Shown one piece after another: positions 31,301-41,039 of a stretch of DNA of 53,315 nucleotides. Location of the stretch: IMG/VR virus record IMGVR_UViG_3300032087_005336, positions 1-53,315 of that record, one strand, 5' to 3'. A program made the position numbers and the translations under genes. The stretch's first letter is position 1, and the number at the start of each line of letters is the position of its first letter. Under the pieces are notes generated by a model. It was not told where the DNA came from. It did no database searches and saw nothing but the letters and a program-made list of their open reading frames with translations. The stretch is from a virus (Duplodnaviria; Caudoviricetes).

Positions 31301-34300
31301 TGGAAGTTTAATAAGACCAAAACCAGAAGAAACAAAATCAACCTCATTTATTGGACCAGAAGCAGTAGTTGAAATTGCAGAATATGATAGAGAGTCAATT
31401 TCCTTTACATAAGATGAAGAATCTGGTTTTTGGTTTAGTTTATATCTAAAAGTTTTATCAGTAACAGTATTAATTACATAATCACCATTTATAGGACTTT
31501 CTACTATAGAAATAGAATTTTCATAATCAGAATCAAGAAGTAGCTGAGTAAATGTAAATGGAGTTACATTATCTTTAATAGGATCTAATTTGTAGTATAG
31601 TTTAGATGGGAAGTTATCATCACAAACTAATTTTACATTTGCATCAACATCAATACCAATCCTGCCAGACTTTCTTACACTCAATGCATTTGATAGTTTT
31701 GAAGAAATAAACTCATGCCTTAAATTCTCATCATAGAAGAATTTGAGGGTAAATGCTGGATATCTAATATTACTTCTTACATAAGAAAGACTAGGATCCG
31801 ATAAATCAAATTTTAAAGTTTTATTTTTTTCTAAAGTCAACGGGGGATTTACTACAATCAGACGACCAAATGATTGGGTGGATATATTTTTTGTAGTTTC
31901 ACCATCAATAGACAATTTGATCTCATTCTGAGAATGTACAAGAACATAATACACACCATTATTAACCAAACCACCTGGAGCAGAGTCTGATTCTAGAATA
32001 ACTTTTTGCCCTGTCCTTAAACCATGATTATTAATAGTGATGATATTAGTCTGAGTATCTACATCAGAAGAAATAAATGCAAACAGTCCCGTACCAAACT
32101 TTTTATTTTGCTGATTATACGCAATTTTAATAGTTTTTTCGGCACTTGATTTACACTCAAAAGTTATTAGATCATTTGCACTCAAGTTATGATCTGTAGT
32201 TGTTTCTACAGTTGCCTCATAAGTTGATACAATTAATTTTGTAAGATTGTCATAATCAGTTTTAAAACTGTGATTATCACCTACACCAAAACTAGTAAAT
32301 GTTAAGAGTTCAGTTTCACTACCAATTCCAACAATTCCAGTAGATCCGAATCCAACGGGTCTACTGGAAATACCAATTAGACCATTTTGAAATGGAACTG
32401 CATAATATGGTTTATTTTTAACAAGATTAAAGTCATCACCAAAAGACTCTACTCTAATAGGATTGCTATCGTAATCATAGTAAATTACGTCATTAATTTC
32501 TAAGGTATTTCCTGCAAGATATATTCTATTTCCCGCAATGAATCTCTGAGTAGAACCTGCCCCAGGATTAGATACACTAATTGTAGTTCCAATTCCAACA
32601 CCAACAGATTGTTGTGGATTAAAGTAGAATTGAGAATTAAACTTACCAATTTTTGTATTCTGGAAATCATTATTTTGAATAATAAATTTCCTTGGAAGTT
32701 CATCTAACTTGGTTCCTGCCGAATAACTTGTCCCAATAGTTCCATTAATTTCTCTTTGAACTCTAAGTCTTGAATTAAAAGAATCTATATTGAGGATCTT
32801 TATTTCTTCATAGAAATTACCACGTTTAATTTTAAATACATCATTTGAAAGGATTGGAATTTCATTTTTGCTAGATTTTAATCCATAAATTCCAAAATAG
32901 GTAACAATTCCAGTTTGAGATGGTTGTCCAATGTCACCACTTAAAACAAGTTGCTTTTGACGGACTTCTAAATTCACATCATAAGTAGTATTCTCTTCAG
33001 TATTAAGAATATTTGCTAATCCAGATGACAGATTGTGCTGTGATGTGTAAATACCAAGAGCTTGTCCAAAGGAAGTATTAATTACTTCTACATCATAAAT
33101 GCTAGAAGATGCGATAGAAACAGAAGAAACTTCAGTTCCACCAATACTAACAACTTTTGCTAGTGGTCTTCTATTTGCTAATGTTGGATCATACTCAAAA
33201 GTAATCTTATCACCAACTTTAAAATCTCTACCACCTTCAAAAATATTAATATCAGTAACAGTACCAGAACTTACTTTTTTGATTTTAGAAATAAAATCTG
33301 TGTTATCTGATGGGTTAAATAAGTATTCATATTTTCCATATGGAGATGAAATATTATATGGTTGAATATTTCTAAGTAGATCATAATTTTTATAATCTTC
33401 TTTAATATCCCCATAGATAAAATCAGACTGTGTTACAGTAGAATCATAGTTAAAATCAATTACTTTGGATTTAAAGGTATTTCCAATAAAATATGGGAAT
33501 GCTGGTAATTTATAGTTTTTAAATCCAGCATCATTAGTTCCTAAGGTTGAAAAATATGCATATATTCCTTTTGGATATTCTGGTGTTACGCAAAATCTTC
33601 CATTATGAATATCCAAATCTCCTGTTGCAAGCCATTCGTAGTCATTTACAAAAAACCCTAAGGGGAAATCTGTTATTGATGGTCTGTTTGCAGTATTTCT
33701 CTTAGAATAACCACTTACCATTCTCTTGATTCCACCCGTTCCATCTGGATTTGCGTATCCAAATGGTCCATAAATTGGATTACCATCATATGCCCATCCT
33801 ATAATTGGAGAGTGGTAATCCGAATCAGTTTCTCTGCCCAAATTATCTAGAATTAAATCTGAACTAAAAATAGTTCTTCCATCAACTACTTTTTTGTTAT
33901 ATAAAGAACTTCTTAATTTTCTTGGAACGTAGCAATGACCATATTGCAAAATTCCATACTCTTCAGCATCGTCAAGAGTCGTTGTAGAATCTTGATAGAT
34001 GAAACCATCATCATCATAAATTTGATTTGAATTTAGATTTCTTTCAACTTCATTGATATTCCATTTTGTTATTTTGCCTTGGAACTTCGCACCAGATCCA
34101 GCAGATACAATTTCTATCTCTGTAGAATCATTATAATTATATCCACCATTCTTTACTATAACATCAGATAAAACACCGTTTGATATGACTGGAATTAATT
34201 CTGCACCATATCCATTTCCATCGGTATAAATTTCAATACTTGGATTTGATGAATAATTCTGACCAACATTTTGAATAATTACTTCTTCTATAACTCCATT

Positions 34301-37300
34301 TACGATAAATGGTTTTACAGATGCTAGTTTTCCAGGTTCTGCAGTTATTCTTGGTTGCCTATTATAGTTAATAATGTTTGTACAACCATATCCAACACCC
34401 TTGTTTTCTAAAAATACATTTGTAATAGTACCTCTAGCAACTGGTTCAACCTGCGGAGATACTGCGTAAATACTCTTCTTAGATGGTGTTACTTCTACAG
34501 TAATTTCTGGATATTTAAAATATTGTCTTCCAACACCAAAAGTTGTTAAGTCTTTATAGATGTTATTATCGTAATAATATGTACTTAATGTGTTTCCAAT
34601 TCCAATATCAGATAATTTAAATCTATTATCATCAACTTTAGTGACATAGTAACTTGAAGAACTTGTTAAACCTGAAATAGGTGTTGTTGTCGCATCATAA
34701 ACGATAATCTCACCATTACTAAATCCATGATTTGGAATGATAATATTGTTTGAATAAAAATCGATTGGAACAGATGATATATTTGGATCGTATGATACTC
34801 TCCTATAAGTGAAATCTTCTGATGAATTTGTAACTCTAATTTCGGAAAGTTTTTTCTTTTTCTGTAAGGCAACTAGCTTATGATCACCTACTCCAAATGC
34901 AGTCAGATCAATCCTGTTTTCTAAATTCTCAGCATCTCTTTCATTATTATGTAAAGTAAATGATGTATTATCAATTACACCAACATAATAGATTGATTTG
35001 TTTTTAAGACCTCCAATTTCATCTCTTCCAAAAGTATCATAAAGAACTTTTTCTCCTGGATAGAAATAATGATTTGATAAAGTTATGATGGTATCAGTTG
35101 TAATACCAACACCAAATTGAGTTGATGCATCAAATTTTACTTCATGAGTATAAGTTTCCATAACTGGAATTGCATCACAATTTGATCCATTAGCTCCACT
35201 AATTTTTACAGTTGGTGCATCAATATAATTAAATCCACCATTAATAACATTTGTTCCTACAATAGATCCTTTTATTACAAAATCTCCAGATGCATTAATA
35301 CCGCCATTTGCAACACCATCTGCATTTTCACCATCAAAAATTTCCAATGCTGGTGGACTAGTGATATCATAACCTTCACCACCAGACAATACAAAGACAT
35401 CCTCCAATTCACCATAAAAAATATTATTTTTTGATTTATAATTTAATATTTCAACACCATTTCTCAAAATTCCAATCTTTCCCGTTTTAGTTTCTTCAGG
35501 AACAATTTGATCAACTGGTGGAATAATTCGTTTTACAATTCTCTTTGACTTTAAAGTGAAAGGATCTTCAAGATTTAAAACTCTTTCAATATCGGAATAG
35601 TCTGAATAGTAGAAAGTATTATTGGTTACACTTCCCTCTACTGTAATATATTCCTTAGAATATACTCTGTTCAAACTTGTTGATAACTTAATTGTTTTAT
35701 TATCAACTACTGTTACATAATATCTGCCATTTGGTATACTTAGTTTATTAGTGTTTGGATCTCCAAAATCATCTTCTTCTGGTTCACTATAAATGATAGA
35801 ATCTCCAGTATAAAATGAATGAGTTTTTTCTGGAACCGTTGGTGTAGCATCGGCACCAATTTTTATATTTTTATTGTTTTGATTTGATGGTAAAGAAACT
35901 GAAAAAGTAATTCTTCTGTCATTTGTTGTCAGTTGTTCATTAGAATAATTAGGGATAGAAGAAGATGTTACAAATAATTCATCTCTTAAATCTTTAGGTC
36001 TATAAATGTTCTGGACATCGGAAGCATACTCATTTGCTTCAGGAAAAAATCTAAAATTGGCTTTATTGAGTTTTCTCTCTAAAGTAAATGTTTTTAATGT
36101 AGAATCAAAGTCTGTGATGCGAGAAGATGATATGATAACATAAGTAGATAGATCATTTCTAGAAACAACCTGAACATCATAACTTTCACCCGTTGAAGAC
36201 TTTAGAAAAAATCTATCATTTAATGTAATATCAAAACCATCTTGAAGAGTAATAAAATACTTTCTTTCAATTTCACTTACTAGTGAAATAGTATCAATGT
36301 TATATGTTGTTGCTACATTATAGGTCCAATCATTATATTTCTTACTTTGATCTTTTAGTCCTAAAGTATTAAACTTTACTGGATCATTGTCAAAGAAATA
36401 TGAATTATCATCAGGAATTAAGTCACTAAGTACACTTGTGATTCTAAAATATGCAGTGCTTTCATCATCTAAAGTTACATATCCATATCTCTTAGAGGAG
36501 ATTAAAGCTCCTCGGGGAATATCATTATTAGAATCTACTCTATAAAATTCGTTAACAGAATTATCACCAACTGAAATTGATCTTACAGTGCCATCTTCAT
36601 AATATACATTCAAATTTCTAGATGCGTCAAATCCTATACATGAATCTACATGTAAAACGGATGGTCTATTACCCTCAGCATCTTCTTCATAATCTTCTGT
36701 TACTCTTGTGGATGCAGTAACTTCAAACTTTCCAAAAACTGTTCCAGCTACTGAAATGTCTTTATCATAATCATTATCTAAGCTAGCAATATAATAAGTT
36801 TTTGTACCTCTTTGTATTCTTTCTACATTTGTAATAGTACCATAAGCAGTAATTGGCTCTTCTAGATCTTGGCTATTGGTTTCTCTCTGATAAATTGTTC
36901 TATTTAAGATTAAATCGGTATAATCAACATCATTATCAAGTGCTTCTAAGACTAAATCTCGTACTCTTCTATTTGATGAAGCAGAAGCTTCAAAAACACT
37001 ATCACTTGGACGAATAATTTCTACTTTTTTGTTGTATAAAGCATTAAATAGAATCTTAAATCCTTCTTCGGTTCCTTTTGAAGAATAAAAGTCACTTATT
37101 TGCTTATAAAATAGTCTAGAATTTAAATCTTCGGATAATTCTCTGCTCTCAAACCCTGGAGATACTTGCTTCTTTAATTTTGATAAGAATACATTTAAAA
37201 ATAATGCACTAAGATTTTCTACAGTAGAAAAAGAATAATGATAATCAGTTACTGACTCTGAAAAAATAATTTCATCACCATATTCACTAATTCCACTAAA

Positions 37301-37657
37301 ACCTCTTACACACCCCTCAAATGTTGTAGAAGTTTTTGATGTATATGTAATAATTTCGTCATCGATTTTTAAAAGACCATACGAAGATGGAAATCCCTCA
37401 GTACTTACGACTTCAATAGAATCAGTATAACGATCTGCCTCATTAGTAAGAGTTGTTGACTGTGGAGTCAACAAAAGTACATCCAAGTTGATATAATTAT
37501 CAATATTTTGTAGAATATCCTGAGGTGCTCCAGGATATTCTAAAGATTCTTGATATTGACGTAAAAAATCCTTAAAGAGTGGAAAATCATCATTAACAAA
37601 ATCTGGAACTTGGTTTTGAAGAACCTGAGCAAGACGGATTTTATTCTTATCTACCAT
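25394..37657 (-). CDS. gp7: Baseplate wedge initiator, very large (4087 aa)
   Basis: QVPDFV..DFPLF..FL..Y N-terminus; FYSSKGT..GFKILF; RIHDSDYYQYFSYSIKS...HPSGMKKF; lies between gp6 and gp8. Confidence 0.85.
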   Translation of the reverse strand: MVDKNKIRLAQVLQNQVPDFVNDDFPLFKDFLRQYQESLEYPGAPQDILQNIDNYINLDVLLLTPQSTTLTNEADRYTDSIEVVSTEGFPSSYGLLKIDDEIITYTSKTSTTFEGCVRGFSGISEYGDEIIFSESVTDYHYSFSTVENLSALFLNVFLSKLKKQVSPGFESRELSEDLNSRLFYKQISDFYSSKGTEEGFKILFNALYNKKVEIIRPSDSVFEASASSNRRVRDLVLEALDNDVDYTDLILNRTIYQRETNSQDLEEPITAYGTITNVERIQRGTKTYYIASLDNDYDKDISVAGTVFGKFEVTASTRVTEDYEEDAEGNRPSVLHVDSCIGFDASRNLNVYYEDGTVRSISVGDNSVNEFYRVDSNNDIPRGALISSKRYGYVTLDDESTAYFRITSVLSDLIPDDNSYFFDNDPVKFNTLGLKDQSKKYNDWTYNVATTYNIDTISLVSEIERKYFITLQDGFDITLNDRFFLKSSTGESYDVQVVSRNDLSTYVIISSSRITDFDSTLKTFTLERKLNKANFRFFPEANEYASDVQNIYRPKDLRDELFVTSSSIPNYSNEQLTTNDRRITFSVSLPSNQNNKNIKIGADATPTVPEKTHSFYTGDSIIYSEPEEDDFGDPNTNKLSIPNGRYYVTVVDNKTIKLSTSLNRVYSKEYITVEGSVTNNTFYYSDYSDIERVLNLEDPFTLKSKRIVKRIIPPVDQIVPEETKTGKIGILRNGVEILNYKSKNNIFYGELEDVFVLSGGEGYDITSPPALEIFDGENADGVANGGINASGDFVIKGSIVGTNVINGGFNYIDAPTVKISGANGSNCDAIPVMETYTHEVKFDASTQFGVGITTDTIITLSNHYFYPGEKVLYDTFGRDEIGGLKNKSIYYVGVIDNTSFTLHNNERDAENLENRIDLTAFGVGDHKLVALQKKKKLSEIRVTNSSEDFTYRRVSYDPNISSVPIDFYSNNIIIPNHGFSNGEIIVYDATTTPISGLTSSSSYYVTKVDDNRFKLSDIGIGNTLSTYYYDNNIYKDLTTFGVGRQYFKYPEITVEVTPSKKSIYAVSPQVEPVARGTITNVFLENKGVGYGCTNIINYNRQPRITAEPGKLASVKPFIVNGVIEEVIIQNVGQNYSSNPSIEIYTDGNGYGAELIPVISNGVLSDVIVKNGGYNYNDSTEIEIVSAGSGAKFQGKITKWNINEVERNLNSNQIYDDDGFIYQDSTTTLDDAEEYGILQYGHCYVPRKLRSSLYNKKVVDGRTIFSSDLILDNLGRETDSDYHSPIIGWAYDGNPIYGPFGYANPDGTGGIKRMVSGYSKRNTANRPSITDFPLGFFVNDYEWLATGDLDIHNGRFCVTPEYPKGIYAYFSTLGTNDAGFKNYKLPAFPYFIGNTFKSKVIDFNYDSTVTQSDFIYGDIKEDYKNYDLLRNIQPYNISSPYGKYEYLFNPSDNTDFISKIKKVSSGTVTDINIFEGGRDFKVGDKITFEYDPTLANRRPLAKVVSIGGTEVSSVSIASSSIYDVEVINTSFGQALGIYTSQHNLSSGLANILNTEENTTYDVNLEVRQKQLVLSGDIGQPSQTGIVTYFGIYGLKSSKNEIPILSNDVFKIKRGNFYEEIKILNIDSFNSRLRVQREINGTIGTSYSAGTKLDELPRKFIIQNNDFQNTKIGKFNSQFYFNPQQSVGVGIGTTISVSNPGAGSTQRFIAGNRIYLAGNTLEINDVIYYDYDSNPIRVESFGDDFNLVKNKPYYAVPFQNGLIGISSRPVGFGSTGIVGIGSETELLTFTSFGVGDNHSFKTDYDNLTKLIVSTYEATVETTTDHNLSANDLITFECKSSAEKTIKIAYNQQNKKFGTGLFAFISSDVDTQTNIITINNHGLRTGQKVILESDSAPGGLVNNGVYYVLVHSQNEIKLSIDGETTKNISTQSFGRLIVVNPPLTLEKNKTLKFDLSDPSLSYVRSNIRYPAFTLKFFYDENLRHEFISSKLSNALSVRKSGRIGIDVDANVKLVCDDNFPSKLYYKLDPIKDNVTPFTFTQLLLDSDYENSISIVESPINGDYVINTVTDKTFRYKLNQKPDSSSYVKEIDSLSYSAISTTASGPINEVDFVSSGFGLIKLPRIKEVITENGIDEILFARSTTIGKVKDIDISDIGFDFPSDTTLRPRAFSPSVFKIDPLTSVESIEIEYPGKNYTVLPDLVMLDGYTNKVVDDLVLDYVENEDFEVKIIKNTKNLYDVEPRLIPINNSNGYKILNLTYDSGSKDATITLDVVGFSTLSAWPFPVGSQFMIEGVVTINPETDEGYNTSDYDYKALFTVKTADPNIGGQLPSFTFNMSDFVVKNNPGVFNLLFTSARVIPQSYFPRFTVNREPNKFFVDELITNGTTEDIVVSWEIKNEILKVFTSTPELYKIGDFIVGKTSKSSGTLTEVIGITTLTYELDASNAKRNRFYDKKGFLNEETQRIHDSDYYQYFSYSIKSEVGIGSWSDPVESLIHPSGMKKFSDLQVISVSDDDSEMVGIQTGSGFTGIADIDSYYNLNCVHDIDIATENNILNKTSDEIRFNSLALVDYFESIGNRVLIVDDISDEFNSNPRPTAFVTVDTFSLDKYRSKKYILFTNNKKFPGERQMIIVNVIHNGTYGFLTQYGLVETNTVQGYFDIGVFERNGLLLFYPVEFRFTDYNVSGHSYAAAESIAGISTQYIGDIANVGVQTVTIPQGTSTATKIVGIDSSYTSSKVIVTLEATDLQYFQYDEFNIVHDGTEIYETEFSTLATDNFSDQDVSLGIGTYGFRYNGNEIEMTLAPSVGLSTNYKVFSTVVSISDTSRVSSGTSTYNNTLTTVGFGSTTVDSTPNPIEIATLESKYQGFNVYASIEDIAYDVKQFSEIIVVHNGTNAYVSEFGVTVNDEDYEETGIGTFSASVDSSTKETTISFHPLASTGADREIEVRLLINSLGPVDLGISTNRLQYVSGEFSTLYGDYTGTENDVKRSFELRHQGDLIFERTFDASALNTSVSTDENVLILPNHFFVTGELVKYTYDPEEDTAIGIETASVAGIGTTDKLPTNLYVIKVNDSKIKLTDTAEKALKFNSEPLILASAGIGTQHKITATNKDTKGIFTIDNMMQSPLVKVGIKTTLSEDIALTDTLINTTGITSFFSQDIIKINDEIMRIDTVGVGSDEKIRVRRPWMGTELGIHTAGDLVEKLTGNYTIVGSTINFAAPPYGKVPVTPDLNQFGVPFVDPSDRDYTGITTNSYFHGRTFMRSGIEDETFETYTKNYIFDDISSQFTGIRTAFTLTTDEGSNVTGVSTDNAIILIKDIFQQPKRLGVSSIVGNYELTEPGAYTNILFEPTTQTPGEDVNSSNVPVGGVIVNIGSTTGLGYQPLVAAGGTATISGFGSITAISIGNSGSGYRPGIQTHINVFAETPSDLSIIGYATALNGHITGVAITNPGTAYTSTNPPRIRFDSPLSYTNIPLIYSNDSVQGIGTKASLDIFVSRDTTIGEFKFNNNGYAYGQGEILTVAIGGSTGIPTDTSKVFDEFQVTVSETHSDEFSAWSLGQLQQLDSLDDRFDGVRRVFPISFQGERLSIRARPGSNIDVSATVLVFINDILQVPNQSYTFKGGSLLIFSEPIPKEYTSRIIFYRGTRDVDVVEVDIVEPIEVGDTVQLQSDSPGLTEDHRSVEDVLTSDIILTNPYSGIGRVDDESFERPIMACKQEDDVFINGEPIGKDRNLYEPYISPVTNLIQPLGINTTIAWVENVTTFFDNRNENLAGVKLGQVEFISQDYQESGLGTVTVSAGGSITSVSITNAGAGYTFNPEISIGTPGAGGTTAIATCVVTNGSITSINVTDGGSGYISTQKPYVLIEPPLAKTELVKQVTYDGDFGSIISIANTSVVGIATTALKLGLYVPHYSPLRNDAINNSGFVTTGVSGILTDYYFTTSEVTVGKGVTSLYNDGSVLGIVTQRGGNVFQAYDINRTTAAVPGVGTTDILEVTTLIKDVFEMAANNEIFSSTEATFDSDLSPTFDGDGTVNSRDFGFFGNFSWGRLDWDPNKSRKQPRSFEAYPQDGYAGLSTSSIVKRVFHLRSKLYTQYSE

Positions 37658-37664
37658 TTTTTTA

Positions 37665-39623
37665 TTAAGAGAGGGTATTTTCTACTAGACGAATGACGTT
37701 TCGGTCAGAGTAACTTGGAGTTGAAATGTATCTAGACCCTGTTGGATCTGCACCAGAAGAAATATTATCAATAATAGTATTGACAGAACTATAATTTACA
37801 TCAAACTGTAAAAATAGATCATGAAGTCCTATCACATCATTAGAGTTTGGACTTGCAGATATTTGAATAATTGAATTTTGTTCAACTTCTGTAGATACTA
37901 TATTTATTGCATTTAATTTGATTTCACCTTTGATATAATCAATAGTTCCGACCCTTCTTCTAACTATACTTGCCGAAGGACTATCGACAATATATTGGGA
38001 ATTGCCAACATTTGGTGGAATATCCTGAATCGTTATTAATACGACTTCTCCAGTCTCACCATCTGCAGCAGGTATGTCGGAAAGATATACTTGCTTAGAT
38101 ATACCACTTACTCTAAATCCAGAGGACTTAATATTGTAACCTTTTTGATTTAAAATTTTGAATTGATTGCCAAAGCAAATTTCATATTCGGCTCTCCTAT
38201 TCAAAACTGCTCTTAAATCTCTACGAATTCTAATTTCAGTAATATTAGAAGTTATAGATTCATCTGATTTATCAATCAGTGAAGTAAACTTTGTATATTT
38301 AAATCTAGATCCATACATATTCATTTCATCACTGTCAGCAAAATTATTCAGTGTTCTGATGACCTTTTGTCTCACCGTATTTGCACTACTAACAAGATTT
38401 GAATTGTAATAAACAGAAGTATCACATTCAACAAAAAGATATTTTGTATCTAGAATTTCTGGAACAATTCCTGCTACAGAATACTTCCTCAATTCTCTTT
38501 TTATACTATCTTTTAGACTGTTTGAAATATAATTTCCACTTTGAGGTTTGATTGTGATGAAAACTCTTCCAAATTTTGGAGGACTTAACTCTTCACCACC
38601 AAAAGCATTAATAGATTCAACTTCTGGGTATATTTTTCTCACAATAGCTTCATAATCGTTAGTGGTTACTGCACGATTTTGTGATGCGTAAATTCTTCCT
38701 GCATAATTTTTAATTGATTTTACAGATTCAATATCTAATCCACCAGATGCAGAATTTGTTGTTTGAATTATAGAAATATCTCTATCAATAACATTATTGT
38801 TATTGTCTACAATATTTCCAACAAAACGGAAAAGATCTGCACCATTACCCTCCTCACCATTACTAACAATATATGAAACTTCTATAATATTTCCATTTTC
38901 TAATTTTTTACCAAATATATTGTCCCCAAAGATAAGTTCATATCTTTCGTCTGGAATTTCTTGTAAGAAATAAACTTTAGAATCACCCTCAATTTCTCTA
39001 ATGGAAGTGGCAAGATCATATACTACTTTATCATCTGTAAAAGCATCTCCATAGACACTTACTCTTAAAGTTGTGTAATCAATACCAACGTTATCTAAAA
39101 TAAATCTTTGATTGACATCAAATTCACTAACTTCAAACCTTTGTTGAACTAATGCACCCTCATACACCTTGATATCAAATTCTGCCTGATCATCCTTAAC
39201 AATAGATGTAATATCTTCTGGTATACAAAAAGTTAGGTTCTTATTAGTAAACTGATCTGCATTAACAGCAACAATACCCTTTTTTAATGTCAAAGAACGT
39301 GGTAATACTGGGAATTCTGCAGTATCGACATTGAAATATACTTCAGCAACAGATGCTTTACGAGGTCTGGGCAAATATCCAATATTTCTTGCAAGAGAAA
39401 CTACATTTTCTCTAAGAGTAGCACCATCTAAAAACACCTCATTACTCAGCATATTAGCATTATATGCTGAAATGTAGGTATTATATGCAAGCATATCGAT
39501 GATCAGGGATAATGTAGATCCCTCGTAATCATAATCAGTAAACTTACTATCAGAACGAATATATCGTTTGATAGTGTCTTTAATATCTTCAAAATCTAGG
39601 CTTGTGAAGTTTGTGATAGCCAT
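37665..39623 (-). CDS. gp6: Baseplate wedge subunit
   Basis: LDFEDIK...FTDYDYEGS.LS..ID.LAYNT; QNRAVT..DYE; follows gp25. Confidence 0.93.
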   Translation of the reverse strand: MAITNFTSLDFEDIKDTIKRYIRSDSKFTDYDYEGSTLSLIIDMLAYNTYISAYNANMLSNEVFLDGATLRENVVSLARNIGYLPRPRKASVAEVYFNVDTAEFPVLPRSLTLKKGIVAVNADQFTNKNLTFCIPEDITSIVKDDQAEFDIKVYEGALVQQRFEVSEFDVNQRFILDNVGIDYTTLRVSVYGDAFTDDKVVYDLATSIREIEGDSKVYFLQEIPDERYELIFGDNIFGKKLENGNIIEVSYIVSNGEEGNGADLFRFVGNIVDNNNNVIDRDISIIQTTNSASGGLDIESVKSIKNYAGRIYASQNRAVTTNDYEAIVRKIYPEVESINAFGGEELSPPKFGRVFITIKPQSGNYISNSLKDSIKRELRKYSVAGIVPEILDTKYLFVECDTSVYYNSNLVSSANTVRQKVIRTLNNFADSDEMNMYGSRFKYTKFTSLIDKSDESITSNITEIRIRRDLRAVLNRRAEYEICFGNQFKILNQKGYNIKSSGFRVSGISKQVYLSDIPAADGETGEVVLITIQDIPPNVGNSQYIVDSPSASIVRRRVGTIDYIKGEIKLNAINIVSTEVEQNSIIQISASPNSNDVIGLHDLFLQFDVNYSSVNTIIDNISSGADPTGSRYISTPSYSDRNVIRLVENTLS

Positions 39624-40034
39624 TTACTTTACTGATTTTAGGACGAATGAAATTTCTTGAGAGTCAGGTGCAATACCAACTATATTGTACCTAATGGTGA
39701 CATCATACTGATTATTATCAAAATTTGGCACAACCTCTATGTCAGTATCATTAACAATTTCTACTCTTGGTTCATAATTTCTTATTGCTGATATAATTTC
39801 ATCCCTAATAGAGTCTGCAGCAAAAGGACCAATATTCTCAAATAAAAGATTTGATACATTTGTTCCAAAATTTAGGTCAAAAAACCTTTCACCTTTCTTC
39901 GTAAGGATCAAATTTCTCACAGCACGAGAAATAGCAGTCTCATTTGTGACTGATAGCATGTCTTTATTCAAAGGATTTCGTTTAAATGTTAAACTAACAT
40001 CTTTAAATCCTTTACTAGTCCTCTCTACAGGCAT
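39624..40034 (-). CDS. gp25: Baseplate wedge subunit / sheath initiator
   Basis: VRNLILT.KGERFF...FG...LLFE...NYEPRV gp25-family motif. Confidence 0.92.
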   Translation of the reverse strand: MPVERTSKGFKDVSLTFKRNPLNKDMLSVTNETAISRAVRNLILTKKGERFFDLNFGTNVSNLLFENIGPFAADSIRDEIISAIRNYEPRVEIVNDTDIEVVPNFDNNQYDVTIRYNIVGIAPDSQEISFVLKSVK

Positions 40035-40061
40035 CAGAACATAGAATAGGTATTATCATTT

Positions 40062-40069
40062 TATTTATT
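40062..40069 (-). promoter_or_regulatory. Late promoter (AATAAATA) opening the baseplate operon
   Basis: One mismatch to TATAAATA, about 27 nt upstream of gp25 ATG, just past a terminator hairpin. Confidence 0.7.
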
Positions 40070-40071
40070 AC

Positions 40072-40110
40072 ACAAAAATAAACTCCCAGATGCATTGCAC
40101 CTGAGAGTTT
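40072..40110 (-). terminator. Intrinsic terminator
   Basis: Minus strand AAACUCUCAGGUGC-AAU-GCAUCUGGGAGUUU (14-bp stem with two G.U pairs) followed by UAUUUUU. Confidence 0.75.
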
Positions 40111-40134
40111 TTACGAGAGAAACGGGGGTAGATC

Positions 40135-40809
40135 CTATTTTTCCTCAGATTTTGGCATATTTTCACGTTCTTGAGCAGTTTTCCAGAAATATTCGTCCTC
40201 TCTACCCATTCCAAGACGTTCAAATCCGTTTTCAACCTGATAATATTGCGTTGAAACCTTAAAATCAGGCATTTTTGGGTCAACAGGAGTCAAACTGTTG
40301 TCAAAAATACGCATTCTGTTGTTTGGATACAGTGCATATTGCCCATTTTCCAGTTCAATGAGGTTATAAGACTTGTGTTCTGCAGGATTTTCTGCTGTAT
40401 AGCAATCAATAGTATCCATATCTTGATGATAATTGTCCAAAGTGCAGATATAAGTGCCTTTTTGAATACCAAAGTCTCTTGTATACAGTTCATAGTCCAT
40501 AGAACCAATGAATTGCTTATGAATTGACACTACTCCATAGTCCATACAGTTCCAAAACTGTAAGTTTGGTAAATCCATATCTGGATCAGGTATTACTGGT
40601 TCTGAAAGGAATGCACTAATTGGCAATTTATCATACATTGCCGCATATTCGGGCAAGTATGTCTCAAAATAAAAAGTGCGTCCAGGCATCGACTTTGCCG
40701 ATACCCAAACGCCTTTGACAAACTCACCATGACCAGACTGATGATCTGTGAGATATTCTTTACGAACCCATACTTCTACTGATGGAAGATTGCAGATAAG
40801 TGCAGACAT
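40135..40809 (-). CDS. Conserved hypothetical phage protein
   Basis: 224-aa ORF (VWVRKEYL.DH..GHGEF...PNNR); late-promoter-like TTAAATA at 40833-40839. Confidence 0.8.
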   Translation of the reverse strand: MSALICNLPSVEVWVRKEYLTDHQSGHGEFVKGVWVSAKSMPGRTFYFETYLPEYAAMYDKLPISAFLSEPVIPDPDMDLPNLQFWNCMDYGVVSIHKQFIGSMDYELYTRDFGIQKGTYICTLDNYHQDMDTIDCYTAENPAEHKSYNLIELENGQYALYPNNRMRIFDNSLTPVDPKMPDFKVSTQYYQVENGFERLGMGREDEYFWKTAQERENMPKSEEK

Positions 40810-40835
40810 TAAAAATAGAACACAACTTGCTCTAT

Positions 40836-40985
40836 TTAACGTCCTTGACCACGATAACGCTTCTTACGACCATTACGTGAGGTTGCAGAAAGCTTAGTAT
40901 TCTCTGAAGAACCTTGACGGGACTTCTTAGGTTTGCCAGGCATAAAGTTGGCACCTGAAAGACCGATCTTAGAACGTACTGCCAT
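40836..40985 (-). CDS. 49-aa highly basic peptide
   Basis: Read by hand: MAVRSKIGLSGANFMPGKPKKSRQGSSENTKLSATSRNGRKKRYRGQGR; AAGGAG SD at 40990-40995; own sigma70 promoter. Confidence 0.8.
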   Translation of the reverse strand: MAVRSKIGLSGANFMPGKPKKSRQGSSENTKLSATSRNGRKKRYRGQGR

Positions 40986-41010
40986 GTAACTCCTTTGTGT
41001 TTACCTGTAT

Positions 41011-41039
41011 ATTATACATCATCATCGTCAGTATGTAAA
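41011..41039 (-). promoter_or_regulatory. sigma70-type promoter
   Basis: TTTACA-N17-TATAAT on minus strand, overlapping the halogenase 3' end. Confidence 0.75.

Noticed and set aside
40068-40508. Track ORFs 40068..40283 and 40290..40508
   Set aside because: Out-of-frame overlaps of the 224-aa gene; the first also runs through the terminator
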